64,000 bases of DNA from an uncultured Muribaculaceae bacterium (GTDB lineage Bacteria; Bacteroidota; Bacteroidia; Bacteroidales; Muribaculaceae): NCBI GenBank assembly GCA_910586475.1, contig CAJUHM010000004.1, positions 1,277-65,276 of the forward strand, in the 5' to 3' direction. The position numbers and the translations under genes were made by a program. The notes beneath the pieces were generated by a model, which was not told the DNA's origin, made no database searches, and worked only from the letters and a program-made list of their open reading frames with translations. Below are positions 8,089 through 17,290 of this stretch, one piece after another. Within the stretch, counting starts at the first letter, position 1, and each line of letters starts with the position of its first letter.

Positions 8089-8550
8089 TCAGCGGGTGAG
8101 CGGCCGTGTGAGAGTCGATGACGGGCGGACAGACATGGTGAAAGCTGAGAACAGGCCGGTCGATTCGGAGTTATAGCGGATGTGGTAGCGGCCTGGAGGA
8201 ATGAAATCGAGGGTGAACAGGGCTGAGTCGATCGGCTCGCCTGCAGTTGCCGGTGTGATTCGTTCTTCGATAGTTATGTCCGTTCCGATGCGTTTGACCG
8301 AGAGACTGACTGCGCCGTCAGCTGTCAGTCCGGCAAGTCCGTGGCGTGTCAGGAGTATTTTGCCGTCGGAATCACATGTAAGTGTCAGCCGCGAGGCCGG
8401 ATCGGTGTCGGACAGATCACACAGATTTCCGGCCAAAAGATGTTCGAGCGCTTCGCCGCGTGACTGAGGTTTGACGCATAGTCCTACGATTGCCGCAGCC
8501 GCAAGCGATGCGATCACGTAGAATTCAGTTGATGTTAGGAAGCTGCTCAT
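8089..8550 (-). CDS. Hypothetical protein with N-terminal membrane anchor
   Basis: 153 aa; start overlaps the mgtE stop (ATGA); hydrophobic N-terminus. Confidence 0.7.
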   Translation of the reverse strand: MSSFLTSTEFYVIASLAAAAIVGLCVKPQSRGEALEHLLAGNLCDLSDTDPASRLTLTCDSDGKILLTRHGLAGLTADGAVSLSVKRIGTDITIEERITPATAGEPIDSALFTLDFIPPGRYHIRYNSESTGLFSAFTMSVRPSSTLTRPLTR

Positions 8551-9911
8551 GCGCCGAAGATGCTGAGGAAAAATTTGGCAATATGAACATAGATTATAAG
8601 CCCGATGATGTCATTTGAAATCTGGATGAACGGCCCGGTGGCAAGTGCCGGATTGATGTGTAGCTTTTCCAGCGTCAGAGGGACGAGTGTTCCGAGAATC
8701 GTCGCGAACATGACAACGCAGAACAGTGAAGTCGCAACCGATATTGTGACGGCAAAGTCGCCCGGCAGCATTATCAGGTTATAGATGAATATGAATCCCG
8801 ACAGGACTGTAGCGTTAAGCAGTCCGACTATGATCTCTTTCGCTATCTGCTTCGTGAACTCCGAGATTTCGAGAGATCCGTTGGCAAGACCCTGTACGAC
8901 GATTGCCGAAGCCTGCACTCCGACGTTTCCTCCCGTTCCTCCGATGATCGGAATGAAGAGAGCCAGAGCCGTGACGGCAGCGAGCTGATCTTCGAAGGTT
9001 GCGAGGATGACAGATGCGAGAATTCCCGAAAAGATTCCTATGAGAAGCCAGGGGATTCGGGCTTTTGTCTGGGCGAGAATCGAGTCGTCGGCGTCGACGT
9101 CGCTCGAGATACCCGAAGCAAGCTGATAGTCGCGTTCAGAAGATTCCCTGACCTGATCCATCACGTCGTCGACGGTGATGCGCCCGAGCAGGCGTCCGAT
9201 GGAATCAACAACCGGCATCGCGACGAGGTCGTATTTCTCGAAATCAAGCGCGACTTCATCGATCGGAGTGTCAGCCTTGACCGCTACCGGATCCGTTTCC
9301 ATGACACGTTTTATTTTTGACACCGAAGGGTCGGTTATCAGTTTCTTCAGTGGCAGAATTCCGCGGAGCTTGTTGTCGTTGTCGACGACATAGACGTAGT
9401 AGACTTCGTCGATCTCCTCTGCCTGCATTCTCATCTCCTTGATGCATTCAGGCATGCTCCAGTTTTCGTTGACAACGATCATCTCGGTGCCCATCAGACC
9501 GCCTGCTGTGTCTTCGTCATACTTGAGCAGGTCGATGATGTCTCCGGCCTGTTCGACGTCGTCGATGTGAGAGAGGATTTCTTCGCGGTCCTCCTCGTCG
9601 AGTTCCTGAATGAGGTCTACGGCATCGTCAACGTCAAGGTGGTCGATGTAGTGGCGTGCGATGTCTTCCGCCGGCATATTCGAGAGCAGCTTGCGGCGGT
9701 CGTCTTCGTCAAGCTCCATGATGACGTTTGCCGCAGTCTCTTCGTCAAGCAGTTTGTAGAGGTATTCAGCCTCATCAAGATTGAGGTCCTGATAAAGCTC
9801 GGCGATGTCTGCCGGGTGGAGGTCGGCAAGCTCACGGCGAGCTTCTGCGTCATCTCGACGCTCTATGATCGAGCGTATCCGGTTGAGGTAGTCTTCGTCA
9901 AATTCCTTCAT
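8547..9911 (-). CDS. mgtE: Magnesium transporter MgtE
   Basis: Acidic N-domain (LHPADIA), CBS pair (TAGGLM), RIPWL and GTGGNVGVQ motifs, 5 TMs. Confidence 0.95.
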   Translation of the reverse strand: MKEFDEDYLNRIRSIIERRDDAEARRELADLHPADIAELYQDLNLDEAEYLYKLLDEETAANVIMELDEDDRRKLLSNMPAEDIARHYIDHLDVDDAVDLIQELDEEDREEILSHIDDVEQAGDIIDLLKYDEDTAGGLMGTEMIVVNENWSMPECIKEMRMQAEEIDEVYYVYVVDNDNKLRGILPLKKLITDPSVSKIKRVMETDPVAVKADTPIDEVALDFEKYDLVAMPVVDSIGRLLGRITVDDVMDQVRESSERDYQLASGISSDVDADDSILAQTKARIPWLLIGIFSGILASVILATFEDQLAAVTALALFIPIIGGTGGNVGVQASAIVVQGLANGSLEISEFTKQIAKEIIVGLLNATVLSGFIFIYNLIMLPGDFAVTISVATSLFCVVMFATILGTLVPLTLEKLHINPALATGPFIQISNDIIGLIIYVHIAKFFLSIFGA

Positions 9912-9925
9912 AGAACGGTGGTTGT

Positions 9926-10720
9926 TTATGCGTTACGGCTTGATGAGACAAGATTGGTCAGTTCGATAAACTGCTCGACCGACAGCTGTTCGGGGCGCAT
10001 GGCAAGCAGCGGAGAGTCGGGCATGGGAGCTCCGCCGGGCAACAGTCCGCGGACGGAATTGCGGATTGTCTTGCGACGTTGGCCGAAAGTTGTCTTGACA
10101 ACGGTTTTGAAAAGGCGTTCGTCACATCCGAGGTCTTCGACTGAGTTGCGGACCATTCTGATGACCCCGCTCTTGACTTTGGGAGGCGGGTTGAAAACCG
10201 TCTCGCTGACTGTGAACAGATACTCGACATCGTACCATGCCTGCAGGAGCACGCTCAGAATGCCGCGGGCCTTGGTGCCCGGGCCGGCGGCAAGGCGTTC
10301 GGCCACTTCGCGCTGAAGCATTCCCGAACAGCAGCCGACCAGATCCTTGTAGTCGAGCACATGGAAGAATATCTGAGAGGATATGTTGTAGGGATAGTTG
10401 CCGATCACGCTGATGCGTTCTGCGCTGGGGAACACTGCGGAAAGATCGAGCTGGAGAAAGTCTCCCTCAATTATGCGGCTATCCTCTGCGAGTTCCGGAA
10501 ACTCGTTGTTGAGATACTCGATGCTTTCGCCGTCGATCTCCGCAACTTTAAGGTTGTGGCCTTCCTCGAGAAGAAAGCGGGTGAGCACACCCATTCCGGG
10601 GCCGACCTCTATGACCGGTTCGGACTTAAAGTCATCAAGTGTCGATGCGATTCGTCGGGCAATGGAGAGGTCTGTCAGGAAATGTTGGCCGAGGGCCTTT
10701 TTGGGGCGTACTTTCTGCAT
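9926..10720 (-). CDS. rsmA: 16S rRNA adenine dimethyltransferase RsmA/KsgA
   Basis: KKALGQHFL, EVGPGMG, GNYPYNIS, PPPKVKS; TAATTTTG -7 element at 10764-10771 (-). Confidence 0.96.
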   Translation of the reverse strand: MQKVRPKKALGQHFLTDLSIARRIASTLDDFKSEPVIEVGPGMGVLTRFLLEEGHNLKVAEIDGESIEYLNNEFPELAEDSRIIEGDFLQLDLSAVFPSAERISVIGNYPYNISSQIFFHVLDYKDLVGCCSGMLQREVAERLAAGPGTKARGILSVLLQAWYDVEYLFTVSETVFNPPPKVKSGVIRMVRNSVEDLGCDERLFKTVVKTTFGQRRKTIRNSVRGLLPGGAPMPDSPLLAMRPEQLSVEQFIELTNLVSSSRNA

Positions 10721-10883
10721 GATTACGATGTCGTTGCTGGGGTTCTACAACCGGATTTAACAGCAAAATTATAATTTTACGGCTACAAAATTATAACAAT
10801 ACTTTTACAATTTAAGCCACCGGTTCGCTTTTTTCTCCCAAATTACTAAATTTGCATATAGATTCACCACATAAACCTGATTT

Positions 10884-11702
10884 ATGAGACGTTTTTCCAT
10901 TCTTGCTTTCTTTATGGCGTTTGTTTCTTCTCTTGCCTTCGGATGGGGGCAGAAGGGGCATGACGTTGTTGCCGAAATTGCCACACGACACCTCACACCG
11001 GCAGCCCGCCACGCAGTCGACTCGATTCTCGAGGGCCGTTCGATGGTCTACTGGGCCAACTGGCTCGATAATGCCAGCCACACCCGCGAATATGCCTATT
11101 CAAAGACTTGGCACTATAAGAATGTCGACGATGGCGACACCTATGAGTCTGCTCCGGCTAATCCGGCCGGAGATGCGGTGACAGCCATTAAGGCCCAGAT
11201 AGAAACGCTTTCAGATCCTTCGGCACCGCTCGAAAAATCCGCACTTGCAATGAAGATGATCATCCATATTGTCGGTGACCTTCATCAGCCCATGCACATG
11301 GGCCATGCTTCCGATCTCGGAGCGAACCGTATAAGAGTCAAGTATTTTGGCCGCGATGCGAATCTCCATTCCGTCTGGGACGGCAGCATTCTTTCCGGAG
11401 GTCATTCCTGGAGCTATTCCGAATGGGCCGACCAGCTCGATCGTTTAACTCAGGAGGAGGCTTCTGTCGTCGCAGCCGGTTCGGTCGACGACTGGGCCCG
11501 CGAGACTCTTCCGATCGCCGCGGCTATCTACCGGTCATTCCCCGAAGGAACGAATATCGGCTACAATGAAGTTTTCGAGTGGACTCCGGTCGTTGAGCAG
11601 CAGCTCCTTCGCGGAGGTCTGCGACTGGCCCGTATCCTCAACGCCCTGTTCGATCCATCTCTTGCAGGATCGGGACCTTACAAACCGCAAGATCGTCAAT
11701 AG
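10884..11702 (+). CDS. Secreted S1/P1 nuclease
   Basis: Signal peptide then WGQKGH; WHY, HIVGDLHQPMH, NLHSVWD, GGLRLA. Confidence 0.92.
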   Translation: MRRFSILAFFMAFVSSLAFGWGQKGHDVVAEIATRHLTPAARHAVDSILEGRSMVYWANWLDNASHTREYAYSKTWHYKNVDDGDTYESAPANPAGDAVTAIKAQIETLSDPSAPLEKSALAMKMIIHIVGDLHQPMHMGHASDLGANRIRVKYFGRDANLHSVWDGSILSGGHSWSYSEWADQLDRLTQEEASVVAAGSVDDWARETLPIAAAIYRSFPEGTNIGYNEVFEWTPVVEQQLLRGGLRLARILNALFDPSLAGSGPYKPQDRQ

Positions 11703-13159
11703 TGAATGACATTATTGTCAATCATAGCTTTCAGGACTTCTACTGCTATGAATCCGATCGTCTCAAGAGCGGATGGCTTTTTTTCTTTTGGTAATTTGAA
11801 ATTCGGCGACTTGTAAGTCAAATTGTTGAATAGGGTTGATCCCTGTGGATCAGTTGTCATCACGAAATCGACCATATTGAATCTCACTCTGCCGAACATC
11901 ATCAGGGTTCTGATGCCGATATTGCAGCTCAAGTCCATCGCTGCTGTCGATTGGGATGTGCTGACTACAATTCCGGGCACTCCAAGCGTATGACCTCCCA
12001 TGCTGACCGGCACAGCCGGTAGCCGATAGCAGAGTGATTCGATTACTCCTCCTATTCCCGCGCGACGTATTGTGTCAGATTCGGCATTGGCTTCGATAAA
12101 AGTCTTGTTGGCGACGTAGAATGAATGCCCGAGTGTGCCATATGCAGCATCACCCGTGTCGATATTCATGAGAACCGGAGTTCCTGCTATGTTTCCGGAG
12201 ACATTAAGATTCATCCCTGCGCCGAAACACATGTTTGGAGCCACATTGCTCCTCTGTGGAGCGACTGGCGCAACAGTGATTTCCCTGTTGATGAAGTCTA
12301 TTGTCATGTCTTTCAGCTGCAACATCAGTTCGCTTCCGAGCAAGATGCTGAAGCAATCGGAATATTGGTCTGCTTTGGTGTTGCCGATTTTGAAATCCAT
12401 TATAATGAAGGGGACATCGCTGACCGTGATGTTTCCTATTCTGATCTCTCGGGCAATCGCATACTGGCCTTTGCGATTCTCTATTCCCGCTACTGTGGCA
12501 TAACCGTCGATCGGGATCAGATTGAATTTTTTTGCAAGAGAGTCGGAGATCATGTTGACTCCGGCGCCTGTATCAAACGTGATGCTGGCGTTGTTTCCGT
12601 TTATGGAGCTGTTTTCAAGGTGCATCAGGACTGATCCATGCTTTTCCTCTCCTACCGGAACGATTCGGAATGGAATGCGTCCGGACTGCTCTGTGAATGT
12701 GATTCCATACGGTTTATAGCCAGAGAGTGCATTGTACTTTGAAAAGCACTCTTCGAGCGACTCAGTCCATGTCGTATCAAGATATTGTCGGGTAGCGTCG
12801 AGGACCGCTTTTGTGTGAGCCGCGGCCATTTCGTTTCGTCCGGTACGGCTCAGATCTGTCGAGTACATTATTGTGGAACTCAACAGGTTTTCAATGCCGA
12901 GTGATGCGGAATGATCTTTAAATAATTCGGCAAATGCGTTGACCGAGACGTCGGGACGGTTCAGCCTGTTTCCGATAAGACATCTTGAAAATACCTCGAT
13001 AAACGGCATCACGGAATCTTTCGGTGCGGCGTTGTAAATTGAATCCAGCGCAAACCAGTTGCCCGAATTCATTGCATTGATAAGTTTTTCATCGTGTGAT
13101 TGTGCATGACCTGTCAATGACGAAATGACAATCAGCAGGCATATAAGGGGAGACCGCAT
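11696..13159 (-). CDS. Secreted aspartyl protease with two retropepsin-like domains
   Basis: Signal peptide, helical N-terminus, two DTG motifs (FDTGAG, IDTGDA) each followed by an LLG/NIG-type motif. Confidence 0.8.
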   Translation of the reverse strand: MRSPLICLLIVISSLTGHAQSHDEKLINAMNSGNWFALDSIYNAAPKDSVMPFIEVFSRCLIGNRLNRPDVSVNAFAELFKDHSASLGIENLLSSTIMYSTDLSRTGRNEMAAAHTKAVLDATRQYLDTTWTESLEECFSKYNALSGYKPYGITFTEQSGRIPFRIVPVGEEKHGSVLMHLENSSINGNNASITFDTGAGVNMISDSLAKKFNLIPIDGYATVAGIENRKGQYAIAREIRIGNITVSDVPFIIMDFKIGNTKADQYSDCFSILLGSELMLQLKDMTIDFINREITVAPVAPQRSNVAPNMCFGAGMNLNVSGNIAGTPVLMNIDTGDAAYGTLGHSFYVANKTFIEANAESDTIRRAGIGGVIESLCYRLPAVPVSMGGHTLGVPGIVVSTSQSTAAMDLSCNIGIRTLMMFGRVRFNMVDFVMTTDPQGSTLFNNLTYKSPNFKLPKEKKPSALETIGFIAVEVLKAMIDNNVIHY

Positions 13160-13227
13160 AATCTGTGTTATTTGTGTGTTAAAAATGCAAATTTAAAAAC
13201 ACTGCATAGTTTAATAATTCTCGACGA

Positions 13228-14946
13228 CTAATTCAGATCAGTGTAGCTGACCCCGATGGAGTCGAGTTTATGGAAGTCAGGAGCCATCAGGCCCGATTCG
13301 CGCAGTGTGACCGGCCGGTTGTGGTCGTTGAGATAGACTGGTTGCTCCGGTGTGTAGGAGGCATTTACAAGCGATGCCGACGGTCTGACACGCGGCGACT
13401 CGATTCCGGCAATCTCCATAAGGGTGTGGAAATAGGCTTTCGAGGATGCAACGAATTTCTCGCTGTTGATAGTCGCGTTGTTGAGCAAATCGGGATAGGC
13501 CTCGTTGAAATTCGATGATGTCCAGATCAGAAACGGGACGTGGATCTGATAGAAACTCGGACACGGAGAGGCATGGAGAAACAGATTTCGTTCGTCGTCG
13601 AAGATGTCTTCGCCGTGGTCACTCGTGTAGATAAGGGCCGCTCTTTTTCCCGACAGCTCAAGCCGGTCCATGATCGACGACAAAAGCCGTGATGTAAGGG
13701 AAATGGTGTTGTCATAGGCGTTGAGCTGCTCGTTGCGGAATGCTTTGATTGCGTCAGCCGGACCGTCGGGAGTGAACTGTGCGTTCTCCTGCGGATAGCG
13801 GTCGATGTAGTTGAAATGCGATCCATAGGTATGGACGACGATCAGTTGCCGTGAGCCGCCATCGGCTATCTGTCGGTCGATATATTCAAGAAGGTCTGTA
13901 TCGTAGTGTCCGTTGATCGTGTTGGCGGTCAGCTCTCTGATGAATATGCATGTGTCTGCTTCTTCTCCAAAGCGGTCTATGAATGAATGGTTGCGGTTCT
14001 GGTTCGAGATGAAGGCTGTCTTGAATCCCGCCTCTCTGAAAGCCGTGATGAAACTTTTGGAGGTGTAGATCGAGTCTCCGAAGTCCGATGCGTCGAGTGC
14101 CGACAGAAGCATCGGCACGGATTTGTGGGTAGTGTTGCTTTGGGATAGAGCTTTACTGAAGCCTACGAGATTGCTGCGTCGGGTAAGTTCAGGAGTGGTC
14201 GGACGGTGATAGCCGAAAAGCTGCCAGTTGTCGGCACGCGAGGTTTCGCCGATGACAGCGACATAGATTTCCGCAACGGAGTCGAGGCGTGAAGTTGTTG
14301 CTCCGAAAGTGTATTCCGAGGATGTCTCGGGATAGGATGCAAGGCGTTTTGTGCGATCGACAGCGAGTCCGACATTGTAGAGGACATTGACCGGATAAAG
14401 GTCTGTCAGCATGGAATAATGGCGCGAGGAGAAAAACGAACAGCCGACAAGAATCAGACCGCAGAGGGAGAGAATGATTCCCGAACGGCGTGTGACGGAC
14501 TGGGTGTGTCGAGTCAGTCGCCATTTGCCGGCCACGGCTACGATCGAAAATGAGATTGGCGTCAGGTAAATAATGATGATCGCGGCTATGATCGGAAACA
14601 TGTTGCCGAGAAGCTCGCCGACTTCGTCCGGATTGGTAGTGACAATGTTAAGAAACATGTCGACGGCGATGATCGATCGTCCGTACATGTAGAGCAGAAC
14701 AATCTGGAATGCCGCGAAAAACATGACTGTGATCATCCACAGCGATGAGCGTCCTATGTGGCGCGACAGAGACATCAGGAGGGCATAGATTCCTGCCGGA
14801 AGCAGGATGTTGGCAAGAGCCTGCACGTTCGTGAGCGGTTCGGTCAGCGACAGCCATATGTTCGGAACGATACATGCGGCGAGAACCCAGATAAGCAGGA
14901 CGGCTGCGAGCCGATTTTTTGATTGATATTGATCAGAATGCTTCAT
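13228..14946 (-). CDS. Phosphoethanolamine transferase (EptA-like)
   Basis: N-terminal TMs, IGETSRAD, catalytic Thr region SNTTHKS, HTYGSH, YDNTI, SDHGE. Confidence 0.88.
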   Translation of the reverse strand: MKHSDQYQSKNRLAAVLLIWVLAACIVPNIWLSLTEPLTNVQALANILLPAGIYALLMSLSRHIGRSSLWMITVMFFAAFQIVLLYMYGRSIIAVDMFLNIVTTNPDEVGELLGNMFPIIAAIIIIYLTPISFSIVAVAGKWRLTRHTQSVTRRSGIILSLCGLILVGCSFFSSRHYSMLTDLYPVNVLYNVGLAVDRTKRLASYPETSSEYTFGATTSRLDSVAEIYVAVIGETSRADNWQLFGYHRPTTPELTRRSNLVGFSKALSQSNTTHKSVPMLLSALDASDFGDSIYTSKSFITAFREAGFKTAFISNQNRNHSFIDRFGEEADTCIFIRELTANTINGHYDTDLLEYIDRQIADGGSRQLIVVHTYGSHFNYIDRYPQENAQFTPDGPADAIKAFRNEQLNAYDNTISLTSRLLSSIMDRLELSGKRAALIYTSDHGEDIFDDERNLFLHASPCPSFYQIHVPFLIWTSSNFNEAYPDLLNNATINSEKFVASSKAYFHTLMEIAGIESPRVRPSASLVNASYTPEQPVYLNDHNRPVTLRESGLMAPDFHKLDSIGVSYTDLN

Positions 14947-16123
14947 TTATGCTGAATATAAAGGCAGTCTCGCCTCTGGCAAGACCGAAATCGAGTCTGA
15001 CGTTGGTGAGTTTTTTGAATTCCCAGCGGTAGCCGATACCGCAGTTGGGGAGTATCTGTCGGAATTGTATTTTAGATAGTTTCGGGAAAACCGTGCCGGC
15101 ACCGAACCAGAGCACAATGCCGTTGCGTCGCCATATGTGCTGGCGCAATTCGAATGTCAGGTCCATTTCTCCTTTGTCGCGGAATCGTCCCTCATAGTAT
15201 CCGCGCATTGAGTTGCTGCCTCCGAAAGTCGAGAGCATGTCCCAGGGCACCGTTCCGTAGGCGAGACGTCCGTGGAAGCGGGCTGCGCCCACGGCATCGC
15301 GCCACAGGTGCTGGTAGCCGCACAATCGAAGATCTGTATATGAAAACGCATAGGTGTTGCCGAGAAAAGCCGGACAGAAACGCTGTTCGAGCTGAAGAAG
15401 CACTCCCCGCTGCGGGGCTGTGAAGTTGTCGCGGGTGTCGAATTGGCCGCGGAAGCCGATGCCGAATGTGCTGAGGTGGCGCGGTTGTCCGTTCCAAAGT
15501 TCGGGTCGGGCGCGGTGGCGGGCGTTGACGTAAGCATACTGTACGGCCGGCCCGAGATAGAGGTTCTTCCTCACACGCCACAGAAAGTCGACCGATGCGT
15601 CGAAATACAGTTCTTTGTAATTCGACGCGTTGTCCATGTCGATACCCTGTTTGTAGCCTATGCCCCAGAATTTTCGGGGAAAGGAATAGAAATAGACATT
15701 GTAGTTTATGCGTCGCGCGTCATTGTTGAATATGTGATCGCCGCGGAGTCCTAACATGTAGAATCCGGAAGTGGTCACGTCTGAGTAGAGCGACAGGTTC
15801 GACGGCTGGGTGATCGTGTCTGATTTCGTGGTCCGGTAGAATCCGGCAGCTACCAGCCCGATCCCGAATTTAGTGTCCGAAGAGTAATGCGGTCCGCCGA
15901 TGATGCTCATATCGAACTTGCGGTTCGAGGTGTCGCGGTTTGAATTACCGAAATAATCGATTATTTTGGCTATCAGTCCTTTTGATTTTGCAACAGAGTC
16001 GGCAGGGATCGAATCGCACAATGCAATGCTGTCGGCCGTCTTTTCGGCAGGACGGGCGCCGGCACTGAACGCGAATGCTGTCAGGGAAGTCAGTACTATA
16101 AGAATTCGGTTGAGACTGTTCAT
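14933..16123 (-). CDS. BamA/TamA (Omp85) family outer-membrane barrel
   Basis: Signal peptide, DTRDN, MRGY..GRFRD, C-terminal EAF. Confidence 0.85.
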   Translation of the reverse strand: MNSLNRILIVLTSLTAFAFSAGARPAEKTADSIALCDSIPADSVAKSKGLIAKIIDYFGNSNRDTSNRKFDMSIIGGPHYSSDTKFGIGLVAAGFYRTTKSDTITQPSNLSLYSDVTTSGFYMLGLRGDHIFNNDARRINYNVYFYSFPRKFWGIGYKQGIDMDNASNYKELYFDASVDFLWRVRKNLYLGPAVQYAYVNARHRARPELWNGQPRHLSTFGIGFRGQFDTRDNFTAPQRGVLLQLEQRFCPAFLGNTYAFSYTDLRLCGYQHLWRDAVGAARFHGRLAYGTVPWDMLSTFGGSNSMRGYYEGRFRDKGEMDLTFELRQHIWRRNGIVLWFGAGTVFPKLSKIQFRQILPNCGIGYRWEFKKLTNVRLDFGLARGETAFIFSINEAF

Positions 16124-16353
16124 GGGATGATGAATGGAAAAAATCTGTCGAAAATCGACGCAAAAATAGTCAATTAAACCTCAATGGCCAAAAAAAGTGG
16201 GTGTTTCGGCCAATTATGGAGAAAATGTCAACAGAATTCTGCTGGCGGAACTTTTTCTTTTATTACAAAACAGATGAGGCCGCAGCCTTGTTTAATAGAA
16301 AAATCATCACAATCAGCTCCGGAACCTGTTCCGGTTTTTCATTTGAGAAGATT

Positions 16354-17289
16354 ATGAAGCCCTGTTTCGTCATATTATTGTCTTTGCTGATTCCGTCTGT
16401 GGCCGTCGGAAACGGTCTGACAATACCTTCCGACTCTATTGCGTTGGCCGACACGTCGGACGTCGTTGCCGAAATTGCCGTCGATGCAGTCACGGCTGTC
16501 ACCGATACTCTTGCAACTGATTCTATGCTTCTTGCCAACGAGCTTTCAAGTGCCGAGATCGCATTGGGATGTCAGGAAGTCGGTGAGAAGCTGACGCTCT
16601 ATGACTATCCCTATTCACAGACCCGGAGCATGCCCGACTGGCGCCGTCTCTGGCTCAATACCGGAATTCTGATGGGTGCCGGAGTCTCAACTATGCTTAT
16701 TCTTGAGGCTCTGCCCTCCGATGCGACGGCATGGAACAAAACCGAAAACGGTAAGGTCGGAATGTTTGAGCGTTGGTGGCGCAACGTCCACCTCGGGCCT
16801 GTCTGGGACAAAGACAGCCCGATATTCAATTATGTTCTCCATCCCTATGCCGGAGCGGCCTATTATATGGGTGCGCGCTCCAACGGATTCAATATGTGGG
16901 GATCGTTTCTCTACTCTTTCTGCATCTCGACATTTTTCTGGGAATATGGCTTCGAGGCGTTCAACGAGATCCCTTCGGTCGAGGATCTGATCATTACACC
17001 TGTTGTCGGATCGATTCTTGGCGAGGGGTTCTATGTTGCCAAACGCTATATTGTCAGCAACGGTTACCGTCTGTTCGGCTCGAAGGTGCTCGGTTATGCT
17101 GTCGCGTTTCTGCTCGACCCGCTCAACGAGCTGACTGGTTATTTCCGCGGCGATCAGAAAAAACTCGCCAGACGCGCCGATTTTCGCAGAAACCACCCGG
17201 CCGAGAGCGGCGGTCTCGACCTGTCGACGTGGATCGCCCCATCCGGCAGTGGCCTTCAGGGGGGATTCACTGTCACTTACACTTTTTGA
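16354..17289 (+). CDS. DUF3943-domain protein
   Basis: Signal peptide from ATG 16354; WDKD..FNYVLHPYAGAAYY..AR, WEYGFEAFNEIPS..DL; C-terminal Phe. Confidence 0.75.
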   Translation: MKPCFVILLSLLIPSVAVGNGLTIPSDSIALADTSDVVAEIAVDAVTAVTDTLATDSMLLANELSSAEIALGCQEVGEKLTLYDYPYSQTRSMPDWRRLWLNTGILMGAGVSTMLILEALPSDATAWNKTENGKVGMFERWWRNVHLGPVWDKDSPIFNYVLHPYAGAAYYMGARSNGFNMWGSFLYSFCISTFFWEYGFEAFNEIPSVEDLIITPVVGSILGEGFYVAKRYIVSNGYRLFGSKVLGYAVAFLLDPLNELTGYFRGDQKKLARRADFRRNHPAESGGLDLSTWIAPSGSGLQGGFTVTYTF

Positions 17290-17290
17290 A

